Source: Felis catus
Lineage: Eukaryota
Length of the DNA stretch: 64,000 nt
Assembly (NCBI RefSeq): GCF_018350175.1
Contig: NC_058368.1
Span: forward strand, 181,662,001-181,726,000
Direction: 5' to 3'
Positions 52,961 to 64,000 of the stretch are shown here, piece by piece. The first letter of the stretch is position 1. Each line of letters starts with the position of its first letter. Below the pieces are notes generated by a model. The model was not told the origin of the DNA and searched no databases. It worked only from the letters and a program-made list of their open reading frames with translations. Made by a program: the position numbers and the translations under genes.

Positions 52961-53488
52961 TTTCAAGAAAAAAAAATCAATGGACAGGAACCTCTCAAAG
53001 ATAGGCAACTCTAGGAAAAATAGCCATCAGCTTAATAGAAAGCTGAGCCAGAGAAATTTGATTCAGGTGTATATTCATGAACAAAGATTTCCCAGACCCC
53101 AAAGGGCAACATATGGTATAATCTGTGCTGCCATTTGTATGTGAAGACAAAAAAAAATGTTCTTTCTTTCAAAAAAAATTACTTTTTTTAAAAAAAAGTA
53201 GAATAACATGAAGGTGAGACTATAGCCTCACAGTCAGAGGAGTAAAGTATGGCACTGGCTTTATGAGTCGTTCTGTGAATTTTATGTTCTGTGCATTCCA
53301 CAAAGTAACGGGAAATTAAATTAACACAGTTCTTTATAGCATTTTAAATTTTTACCACAATTAATTTCCTGTACTACTGTATTTTCATTCTGCAGCAATC
53401 ATTTGAGTAAATTTAACTGAGAGATATAAATCCTTCCCCCAAATCAAAGAAAAAGTCATTCTTTCCTGACTCCCACATGAAAACTCAC

Positions 53489-53539
53489 CTGCCTACCTTA
53501 TTTCACGTGAAAGGTTATGGGGCATAGGCCACGTTTGCA
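53489..53539 (-). other. Candidate 51-nt non-coding exon with tandem donors
   Basis: cctaaactttcttctactttaaag|TGCAAACG...GAAATAAG(gtaggc)...CAG|gtgagt. Perfect distal donor; closed in all frames. Confidence 0.4.
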
Positions 53540-54929
53540 CTTTAAAGTAGAAGAAAGTTTAGGTATTCTTTTAAGGGTGCTCTCTATCCCTTTAATACCT
53601 CTTTCAAAAAAGACCTCTTTATGCAGCGAATAAGATATATATAAACTTTCATCTTTTTCTTGGGTGCTTCCCTAGAAGTCAGCCATTAGCAAACTTTGGT
53701 AAACAGGGAAGCAATTCACCTTGCCTCAAACTTAAACCAACAAACACCCACATCTCCAAAACGAAGACTCAATCACTTCCTAAAGAGGGCTCTTACAACC
53801 CATCTGGTCTACACTCCTTATTTTTCAGGTAATAAATTGAGGTCCAAAGGAATGAAATGACTGATATAACTTGTTTCTCCCATTTTGGAAAGGTTCGTTA
53901 AGATTTCCTTTCTTCTACCTAGTGGGCACCCTTTGCTCATAGTCCTACAACAGGGACAGCTTGGGCAGACCAAGCACAGATATACACAGGTCCTGCACAT
54001 TTGCAAATCTCTTTCCTCGGCTACAGAATGAGAGAAGAGGAAAAAGTATTGACAAGTTTCATTCTAGCTTTCTTACTACTCTGTAACTTCCAAAATGATT
54101 TCCAGTCACTTGAGGCATCAGGCATATAGAATGTTGACTTCTAAAAGGTGCCTTGGGGCACAGAGCACAGTTTTTCCTACACCCAATGTTGACTACCTAC
54201 TCACAGATACATTATGTTCCAGAAGTGTTTGTGAGTAAAATCTTACTTGGAATAATTTTCCCATAGAGGATGTATTATATGTGGTTACATGACAGAATGG
54301 GCCAGAAGATAAAGAACTTTAATACTAGGTGACTATTCCTTATTCAGAGTACAGGGCCAAATCTAGGTAAAGTTTAGAAATAGGGAAAATCTTTTTATAC
54401 TCTCCCATATTTGATTTTTCTTCCTCCATTTCTCATCATTCACTCCCTAGCCTCTCCCCTGACCTATGCCATCTCCCATCTTCAAAGCTCTAGAATTCGG
54501 TAAATTACCTACTAGCTCTTGGCCTTACACGCAATTCTTTTTTCGTTTTCTTTTTCTTTTATCCTTAAGAAGAAGCCTTGTTAAATTAGTTTACTCTGGA
54601 TTTGAGGACTTGAGAACTCCAAAATCATCATGCAAGTAGTCTAAATTTGTCGAACCTGTGCTATTTGTTTCTTCCACAAAAAAGCCCAAATTGCTCGGCA
54701 GGATCTTTCACAATCTCTCCACAACCAAACATACCAGCCCATTTTGATACACACTCAGTGATCTAACCAAAGCAAATAGGTAGCCAGTCATGTTCTTCTT
54801 TGACCTCACCTACATTGATTTCTCCACATGCCCTTTCCCATCAGAAAAACATCCATCAGGATTGTTGAATCACCACTCCTTTTTGGAGACTCACCCCAAC
54901 CCCACTAAGTGGCAGAAAATGAATGCTGA

Positions 54930-54976
54930 GTGAATAAGTGGATGGGTGGATGGATGGATGGATGAATGGATGAATA
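54930..54976. repeat. (TGGA/TGAA)n repeat, likely an L2 tail
   Basis: gtggatgggtggatggatggatggatgaatggatgaa. Confidence 0.8.
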
Positions 54977-55159
54977 CATAAGAGAGAATACCCCTTAATC
55001 TAACCCTGTGATTCATGGGACTTAGTCAAGGTAAATCAAAGGGAAGAGAAAAACAGGAAGAAAATAGTAAGGCAGAGCTTGTAGTTAATGTACTGACTAG
55101 GCTTCAGAAGGATCTACTTTGGACAAGCTTTTTAAACCCTTCATTTCCATACAACCACA

Positions 55160-55335
55160 TTAGATTACAAAACATTTCACTTGTATTATCTCATTTGATT
55201 TTAACAAGCCTCTGAGGCAGCCAGGAAAGGTATTATTTGTCTTATTTTACACACGTGAGGATTGAAGCTACAAGAATGCATTAATTTTTTTCTCAAGAGC
55301 AACTAAGTTGTGCATAATCTCCCAGACTTCTATCT
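55160..55335 (-). mobile_element. MIR SINE
   Basis: tattatctcatttgattttaacaagcctctgagg...ggtattatttgtcttattttacacacgtgaggattgaag. Confidence 0.7.
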
Positions 55336-56549
55336 CATGGTTGCCCTCTTTAAAACTTCACATCATCCGTAAAGTTTCTTTCACTTTTCTTTGCCTTAGA
55401 CACTCTATTTTCCCCAAAGTATTTCCACAGCAATGAGTGTGAATAGAGACACAGAGATGAGATTGATGCAGAAATCTCATGTCCTCACATGTTATTTGCA
55501 ATATTATACATGTAGACACACAAATGAGTGTTTACTGGCATGCTTCCCTACGATGAAAGTCTTTATTTCACATGAATTACTGTTCTTGGTAGAGGCAAAG
55601 AGATACATCAAATACATTATGATGATAATGAACTTTCATTAATTTCTTCATGCAGTGACTCAAAAAACGATGTCTGGTTTGTGTTATATATTATTTTAAA
55701 TGTATTTTTCTTACTTTTATATTAAATATATATATTTAAGCGGGATTTAAAAAAATACAGGTGAGATGGCTTTTCAGGTATCAAGTTCTCTGATAATTAG
55801 CTTTATTGTTGTCGGTAGTGCTAGGTTGAGCACCTCCTCTTTGTTTTGGGTAGAATGCTGAAACACTAAAATGAATTTATCTTACTCTTGGAGTAACAAG
55901 AATTGTAATATATTATTTCAGTGGAAATTGACTGAACAAGCCTTCTTATATGCAGTGTAGCTCATTTAATGTTAATGAAGGTGATTGAGTGTTTTTTATA
56001 CCTTTAATCTACTCGCACTTTTTAAAATTAAGAATGCGTTATGAAGAAGATTAAGAAACTTAAAAGACTATTCGATGTTATTTTCTATGAACAATTTTGC
56101 TTTTTGTATAAGATAAACACCGGATAATCATATGTTGATTAGCTGTTAAGGGTCTCTCCCACATTTTCGATTTTCCTAGGCCCTTTATCCTACTTTTATT
56201 GACATTGACTTGTTGCCATGTTCAACAGGTTAGCATGCCAGTTAAGACAGGAATGTTACTTTCACAAGTTCAACAGATTCCAGGGGAAAAGGCTTCTAGA
56301 CTGCTGTAGTAACCCAAAATACCACAAATTTTCTGCATGTACTCATATGATTGAAAATAAATTTTAAAATTTTACACTAGGAAATTCACAATATAAAGTT
56401 TTAGCAATTATGAAGTTTAATCTCTCTTAGATCTTTGCTCAAATACAGAAATTCAGCTAATATAAATGTTTCTGATTAAAAATATATATTAAAATTGCTG
56501 CTAATATATAAAATCAGAAGCTTGCAACTTTAGAGTTGGGCCTCTAATT

Positions 56550-56730
56550 CAGGGGTTGGCAAAACAGAATCCACAGGCTATCACCTGTTATTGTAAGGGA
56601 AGTTTTCTGGAACATTCCCATCCATTTATATGTCATCTGTGGCTGCTTTCATACTATCTTGGCAGAGTTGAGTAGTTAACTGTGATAAAGACCTCATGGT
56701 CCATAAAGCCTAAAATATTTATTTACTCTT
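56550..56730. mobile_element. MER58A (hAT-Charlie)
   Basis: caggggttggcaaa...tctgtggctgctttcatactatcttggcagagttgagtagtt...aaagcctaaaatattta. Confidence 0.85.
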
Positions 56731-56854
56731 TTTGTATGTATAGGGAAACTGAGGCCAGGAAAGAATGACTTCCCTGAGGTTGCACAGACTATTTTTGAAG
56801 TTTTATTAGAAATATATTCTCAAAAAAAAAATAAGCCCTGATATTCATCACAAA

Positions 56855-57660
56855 AGACAGTATAGAAGCCTGGGCTTCTGAAATGAAACAGAACTGATTT
56901 TAAGTTTAGGGACCACTAGTAAGTAGCTATAAGGCCTTAAGTATTACCTAATCCCTCTGTAGTAAACAGTCATTTTTACCCAGAATCCATTCACACTTTC
57001 CTTCTTCTTCTTGGAATCCCAGTTGTGTTCACTTATCACCTTCCCATTGTAATCAAAGAAAGGGGAAAAGAGAGCTGACTCCACCTCCAAGTTCAGGCAT
57101 GAACTCTGATTTGTATAAACTTATCATAGTAACCCCTTCCCTTTTACCAGTGATTGGTACAGGAATGGGCATGAGACTTGGAACGGCCAATGGGATTTGA
57201 ATGAAGGCTTGCTATAGAGGTTTCATGGAGAATTCTTCCCTTCTCCAGAGACTAAAAAGGAGCTAGTTGCTCTTTCTACCCTGGACATAAACAAGAAAGT
57301 TATTTTGCTTCAGTCAGTCTTGGCATCTCTTTTCTAAGCATTAGGGAAAATAGTCCAAGGTTAATGCTGATGCAGAGATTAGGACAGATTGAGAATGACA
57401 AAAAGAGTAAGATAGAACTCTAACCAGAACCTGCCTGAGTCTGCTATATCTGGTCAATTACCAGTTACATAAGACAAAATGTCCTTAATGCTTTTACCAA
57501 TTTCAGTCATACCATTCCTTACAGCCAGAAGCATCGCTCCTCTACATTTCAGGATAAGAATATATCTATCTCACAGTGCTGCCCTGAGGATTACATGAAA
57601 TAATATATCAAGTATCTCGCATACAGTAAGTATTCAATCAATGTTAGTTACTATTATTGA
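56855..57660 (+). mobile_element. MIR SINE split by the MLT1 LTR
   Basis: 5' half tgggcttctgaaatgaaacagaactg...ttacctaatccctc; 3' half ggataagaatatatctatctcacagtgctgccctgaggattacatga...caatcaatgttagttactattatt. Confidence 0.65.
56958..57546 (+). mobile_element. MaLR solo LTR (MLT1K-like, about 590 bp)
   Basis: Begins tgtagtaaac and ends taca. Contains ccagtgattggtacaggaatgggcatgagac...ggccaatggga and ccagttacataagacaa...ttacagccagaagcatc. Confidence 0.75.
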
Positions 57661-60600
57661 TATCCATGAATATTGATTTCCATGGCACAAAATGTCTAGA
57701 AAATGAACATAGTTACTAATATTTTATAAAATATGGGCTATGAATCCAATGTTTATAAATACACTATACATAATATACATATAGTACATATAGTAATACA
57801 GTAAATAGTATATAACTTCCCTAATGCAATATAAATAATTATATTGCAGGGTTTCCAGATAAGTAACTCATATTTCCCTTGGTGTTCTTCAGCTTTATGG
57901 CCAAAGGAGCACAAGAATACTGGATTAGAAATTTGTCATAATTAACCTAGTTGGAATATATTTTTTTCATCTCAGTAGACAGGAAAAATCCCACAAGTAT
58001 AATATTCAAGATGAAGAATTTTTGCTTGTAATAAGACCAGAAGGGAAAGATACCTACCACTCAATCAAAATCTCTGAAGGAAATACTCATAACGTATATA
58101 TTTGCTACCTCACAGGGTCAAGGTTGGGGGAGGAGAGAGTGACAAGAAGCTGGGGGACTTCAATTTGGGGCATGAGTAGGTATCTGGATCTAAGGCATCA
58201 CTGTCAGGCAGCTAACTGATATCCTGAATAAATACCCATTACAAATAATCTCTTGGAATTGTGGTATCACCAAATGCTATTTTCTCATTAGGTAGTAATT
58301 GGGTACGCTTTGGAGTCAATAAAAGTGTCTTGCTCTCATAGGGGTAATCTATTGTGACCTCATTAGGATAAGTGATGATATTACTAAGAATTGAAACCTC
58401 TTCCTTTTCCCATCTTCCCAGAACAGTTACAATAACCAGGAGAGAGTTTATAGCCATAGCAAGTGAATTCACTTGGGTTCCAGGGCATAAGTTTCATCAG
58501 ACAAGAATTGGCTCAGGTTTATCAATATTTCATTCAACCCAACATTTAGAATAAAAACTATTCTTGCCAGTATAAACTCAATTTAGGTGATTTTTACTTT
58601 ATCTAAATCATCAAAAATTGTTTTTTTTAAAAATGTTGGTCCCATCTCCTTTATAACACACTCAAAAACAGAAATAAAACAGACTATCATGAGACATGGC
58701 ATTGGTCAATGGACTAACAGAGTGTACTAATGATTCTACACAGAAAGAAAGCAGGCAGGAGGTTTCCATCTCTTCCCTTACTGGAGCTCTCCTCGCTTTG
58801 TATGCCTCTGAGGATTATTCAGGGCAGAAAACAGAAAAGCAAATTGGTACAAGAGACAGGAAAAGAAATGCCTTTAGTATGTTTGGAGTTAATACCATGA
58901 TGACTCTACATTACGGACTAGTAAATTAACGATAGTCTATTTAAATCCAAGGTGGGGGGGGGGGACTCACATCTTGTCTTTCTAGCATAATGACTTGATT
59001 TAGACACTTGGACCATTCTTACCATGAACAGTCCTTGTGAAATGAAAAGATGCCGAACAAATGAACAGACAACAATTTGTAAATACTTTATAAAAGTCAT
59101 GTATTATGAACTAACAAATGTACAAGAGATGGGTAAGAATTTTTTCTATTTCATTTTATAAATAATTCAGGACCGTCCAGTATTCCTGGCAAGTATATGA
59201 ATATATAGTAAAACGTACCACAAAATATATTCTTATGCTCTGATAATGAAGTTCCATATGCTCTTTGCACAAATGCCTATGTTTAAAAAGTGATTTCCAG
59301 GCTGGAACCTCAGCCAAACACCTGCATGCTAAAATATCACTGTGCAAATAATTTTTACTACACCTACTTAAATCTAAAAATGATCGTAAATGTTCCCCTC
59401 TGCGAAGATAGAACTAGAAAGAGTTACTGCATTCCCCATACTTCCATCACATTTTAGAAGAGCATAGTATTTTGAGGGAAAAAAATCATTTTTATTTCAG
59501 CCACTGAAATAACCAAAAATATTTAGATTTTTCAAAATATTAACAGGAAACCAGTAAGATAAATGAATCCATTCATTCTTACATTCACTAATTAAAGATA
59601 TTTATTGAGAGCCTAGTATGTGCTAGAAAAACATTTAAACCACCTACACGCTTTATATATAAACAGTAAACTATACCCAGGAAAGCCTTGCATTAAAGCT
59701 AGAGAAGAGGTTTGTATAACGATGGTTTATATAAAATTTTAAACCCTTACAGTAGACAGCTAAATCATAAAGCAAAGCTACAACAGTTTTTATGTACCCT
59801 TTCTAAAAGGGATTAATTTAGGTAGACCCAGCAGAAACTACCCACATTTACAAATGCATTTATTTAGGGGAAAAGGTGAAATGTCACATCTGGGATTGAT
59901 AATGTTTGGTTTCACCCTGGTCTTCAATGATAACTCTTAGACTCCAAGCAGCACTGTATCTGGAAAGAAGAGTGGGTGTAAGGATACTCAGCGTAATGAA
60001 ACGGGCCAGGTTTAATTCCCTTAATCGCTTGGTCAGGGCAACTGAATTAACCAGCCACATCTGTTCACTTTGGAGTACCCAGTCTGGGTTCTTTCTCTTT
60101 ATGTAACAGAGTTCTGTAGGGTTATTACACTCTTTAGTGTATTTGGACTATTTGTACCTTACCTCTCCTCACCAAGCAGGGTGTGAGAGGAGATGGGGAT
60201 ACATTAAAATTCAGGACACAGGCCTGCCCATATTATCACTTTCCCTGAGATAATGTGAATAGGGAACTGATCCTTAAATAGACTCTTACTGGGCCAGATC
60301 TTTTACAATGTATTAAGGAAAGGGGAAAGGCGGAGTGAAAGAGTTAAAACCCACTGACTTGAGCTGTTTTTATTCCATTTCCTTCCTCCAAAGCTAAGAG
60401 CAGATCACTAAACTCTTCTTCTCTCTTGTTAAACCTAAAGTACTTCATGCCTTATTTTATCTGTCTCCAAAAAACAGCATTAAACACAAATTCTGTGACA
60501 CTCTGAAACATTAAGTTCCAAAATATCTATGAGAGTCTTCCTCTTATAAAGCTCATAATCATTGTAGGGAAAATGATTGGTCATCTTAGGTGGCATCAAA

Positions 60601-61279
60601 TGCCAGTAAATAATCCCCAGGTCCTATAGTGTAATACTTGATTTTCACAAAATAAACCTATATAATGCACTTCAATCCTAATTCTTTTAGGTAATTACAA
60701 TGTACTCGCTCTTGAGATTTCACTAAAGATTTCATGGCATCAGTGTTTCACAATCCCAGGTTCATCACTTTGCCAACCTGCTGTGTTTTCATGAGAAACT
60801 TGTCAACATTCCCTTATGAGTGTAATCATATTGGAAAACTTTATCATATACAAGTTATAATTATACCTTATATTAATAATCTTATAATCCAATTATACCC
60901 AGAGTTGGCAATAAAGCACTGAGATTATAGTCAAATCCACCTTTTCCCCACAGACTTGTTTGTACTTTTTAATGTGGATTGGCTTTCCTGAAAACAAATG
61001 GCATTCATACATTTCCTTCATTTCCATCAATTTGGAATATCACTGTCAAACAAATGAGCTGTGTACACAGGCTATAGATGGGAAAGATGGAAAATGCATG
61101 CTTTCTGAATATAGAATTCTTATATTTTTATTTTTTGTCATGAGCCACTGCAAGATTCTAGTCTTGGACTATTTTGATTATCAGAAGAGGAGACAAGGCC
61201 ATTGGATAGAATATTGCTCAAGTAAGTTTTCTGTCCTGGTAAGGTTCTCTCTTCCACCTTACATGTCACAGTAATCTTT

Positions 61280-62130
61280 TTAAAACATAGTTATTATGTT
61301 ATGGGATATGTTATCATATCCTGGAATAAGTCCTTCCAATAGCCTCTGTGTACTTAGAATACCATCCAAACCCCTTACAAAACTGCACGTTCTGGTTCCT
61401 ACCTGCCTCTCTAACTTCACCTTCCACCACTCTATTCTCATTACTTCCTATACTCTACTCCAGCCTTACCTGCTAACAGGCCAACCTTACACACCTAATT
61501 AACTCAAGTCCACACTAGCCTATGAAACCATCTACACTAAAAACAAACAAACAAACAACCCACAAAACTCCTGGTGGAAATAATCTCCTTAGGTACTTAG
61601 CTTAGCAAAAAGAACAGCTTTTGTGGTTTAAACAAACAAACAAAAATCCTACTAATCTCTGGGAAGATTCAGCCCCATACCTGATAGTATGTTATGTAAG
61701 AGAAGCATAAGATTTCAGGCCCTCCTTCTCCCTTTGGCTAGGTGCCTTTGTGCAGTGCACACACTACATAACTTTCCATGGCAGCAGCTTGGAAGCTCTT
61801 CCTCCAAATTTCTCACACCTGGTTCCTTCTCATCACTCAAATCTCATGTCAAATATCACCTCCTCTGAGTCTCCCCTAACCACAAAAACCTTTTAGCCAG
61901 CCTGACCATCTCTATGCACACTATGCTTTATTACCTCTGTAGCCTTACTACTATCTGAAGTTATCTTGCTTCCTGGTTGTTTATATGTTGTTATCTGTCT
62001 TCCCCTCACTAGAATATGAGCTCCAAGTGTAAGGGGATATCGTTAGTCTAAGTCACTGTGTCTCCAGAACCCATGGCATGCTTGACATGCTGAAAGCATT
62101 TGATAAATACATGCTGAAATGATGGTTGGA
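61280..62130 (+). mobile_element. L2 fragments, interrupted by a MER91-like insertion
   Basis: tctggttcctacctgcctctctaacttcacc...aaatatcacctcctctgag...tcccctcactagaatatgagctcca...tgataaatacatgctgaa. Confidence 0.75.
61690..61788. mobile_element. MER91-like hAT-Tip100 terminal fragment
   Basis: ggtgcctttgtgcagtgcacacactacataactttccatggcagc resembles the MER91 end GGCGCCCTTGTGCAGTGCACAACC. Confidence 0.45.
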
Positions 62131-63259
62131 TGCAGGGACTAGAGTTTAATGTGGAAGGAAAATGAGATCAATGGACGGGCAAATTCACAAGTTTAGAGAT
62201 AATCTTTGTGAATGCTTTTCATTCTGGGTGTGTTTGATCTGGGACAATACAAGACTTCTATATAGTAAGGAACGGTAAACAGCCGATAAAACCTGTTAAG
62301 AAACTGTAAGCCAAATTATTTTTGTCTTCTTTATTCTGGTTTTTATGGTTACTGAGAGGCCACAACTCCATGAGGAGAAGGATCCTGAGAGCAACAGAGC
62401 TATCAGTCAGAAGACGAGACTAAGCTGAAAGATTTCATGGCCATCAACCGCCATGAAAATAAACCTTGGGTAATTCACAGCCAATAGAACATTGCACTTT
62501 TACAAGTCCATAACCTTGATCTCCACAACAAAGACATAAGTAATCTAACAAATCACATCCTGTGACATAAGTCTATACGACTAACATTACTTTCCTGAAT
62601 AGGAAGTGAAATCATAATCTATGTCACCTGCCAAGTGAGTTCACCAAAATAATCAACTCACTGTCTGGCCTCAAATTCTCCCACTAGCAATGAGAAGAGG
62701 GACTCCCAAACCTTGGATGCCAAGGCAAGTATATACAACAAACAAGAATGACCCCCTCTCACCTGTGCCCTAGCTCCCACTTAGGCTCCTCAAGGGCAAG
62801 TTTCTCACCCTCTCTCATTAAGTGACAAAAGAACCCAGAGACTTACTAGTATTTATATGTAAGACTTCATTTTTAAATTCACAGTTTATACCTTTCCATA
62901 AATGCTGAAACTGCACTTGTCCATGCTCAGAATAAAACCCAAACATTTAATCATTCACACTGGGAATTGTAGATATTATGACCCATAGCTAGGTTTAAGT
63001 TCACCTTTCTGTGATGAAGACAGGGTTTATTAAAAAGAAATAATAGTACAAATTACTACAGACTGTATAATTCCTTACTTATAAATTAATGGATTTCACC
63101 ATTTATTTTTAGTTACAATGGCTCCTGCTCAGGATGAATGCTGTTAACTATTTCCTTGCACAAGAAAAGTGGAGAAAGTAGTGATGAGCAGTTAGAGTTA
63201 CTGCAGGAACCAAAAAGCATTAACTTTCCTTTCCCAAGAATTTATATTTCAGAAGGTCC

Positions 63260-63435
63260 TAAACTTCTGAACAGGTAATTTAACCTGTTTTTTTTTCCTT
63301 AATATCTATAAAATGGATAATTATACTATCTGGTGCACATGGGTGCTTTGAGGAACAAACATTATGATGTTTTATAAAGGAATGGGCAAAATACCAGGCA
63401 CATATTCATACCTCACATTTGTTCATTTGCTATTG
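63260..63435 (+). mobile_element. MIR SINE
   Basis: aggtaatttaacctg...tctataaaatggataattatactatct...gctttgagga...ccaggcacata. Confidence 0.7.
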
Positions 63436-63504
63436 TATCATTTTACTATCACTCATCCAAAAAGCTGTGTCCCTCATTGTTGTCATATTAAAAAAATAAC
63501 TCTA

Positions 63505-63708
63505 GGGGTGACTGGGTGGCTTAGTCAGTTGAGCATCCGACTTCAGCTCAGGTCATGATCTTGCATTTGTGGGTTTGAGCCCTGCGTCGGGCTCAGTGCT
63601 GACAGCTCACAGCCTGGAGCCTGCTTCGGATTCTGTGTCTCCCTCTCTCTCTCCCCCTCCCCCGCTCATGCTCTGTTTCTCAAAATAAATTATTAATTAA
63701 AAAAATTT
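63505..63708 (+). mobile_element. CAN-SINE (SINEC_Fc)
   Basis: ggggtgactgggtggcttagtcagttgagcatccgacttcagctcaggtcatgatc...; diverged TSD taaaaaaataactct / taaaacaatagcttt. Confidence 0.95.
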
Positions 63709-63983
63709 TAAAACAATAGCTTTAGTTTCATAAAAGTTGTGCCACACAAAAACAAAAAAAAGTCCCACTGAAAACAAACAGAGTGTTTGGGGAGGGATAT
63801 AAATTACCATGGTGAAATTTTTAAAGTAAAAACTATCAGCTATAATGAAATAGTAGTTTTGCCCAAATAGCCATAAAGTAGCAGAATAGCTAACTCTATC
63901 AGGTACCCAAGCAGGAGATTTTTTTATTCACCTTATGAAAAAATGAATCGTTTGCCAAAATGTATCACTCCATATATTCTCAC

Positions 63984-64000
63984 CTAGCACTGCCATCGTC
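63984..64000 (-). other. Possible 3' end of an exon truncated by the window edge
   Basis: Minus strand GACGATGGCAGTGCTAG|gtgaga. Only the donor side is visible. Confidence 0.3.

Noticed and set aside
53248..53258. 11-nt match to the 5' part of miR-183
   Set aside because: The 3' half mismatches, with no hairpin and no miR-96/182 cluster nearby.
58239..58472. 77-aa minus-strand ORF with plausible composition
   Set aside because: Non-ATG start, no convincing splice sites and no family I recognise.
62433..62460. Small hairpin tttcatggc...gccatgaaa
   Set aside because: A 9-bp stem is expected by chance and fits no known RNA family.

Overview
This is AT-rich, CpG-depleted mammalian genomic DNA with no CpG island. 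It is almost certainly from a felid or other feliform carnivore: it carries seven tRNA-derived CAN-SINEs of the SINEC_Fc type, one of them very young with a perfect TSD. No protein-coding gene or structural RNA gene can be recognised. The listed ORFs are chance ORFs or transposon remnants. Much of the window is interspersed repeats: a near full-length but decayed L1MC-type LINE-1 (about 16.1-22.8 kb) interrupted by a Tigger2-family element, many MIR, L2 and L3/CR1 relics, hAT-Charlie elements (MER33, Charlie1, MER5, MER58A, MER102) and an MLT1 solo LTR nested in a MIR. The unique sequence contains a series of short segments with good splice signals, mostly on the minus strand (63984-64000, 53489-53539, 43508-43549, 28904-28933, 27161-27217, 11869-11916, 818-931, 98-129). 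Several are closed in all frames. This suggests large introns plus small 5'UTR or lncRNA exons of a minus-strand transcription unit that I cannot name. These exon calls are predictions by eye, and pseudo-exons are common in long introns. Repeat subfamily names come from recalled consensus motifs, not a database search. I found no convincing novel biological system.
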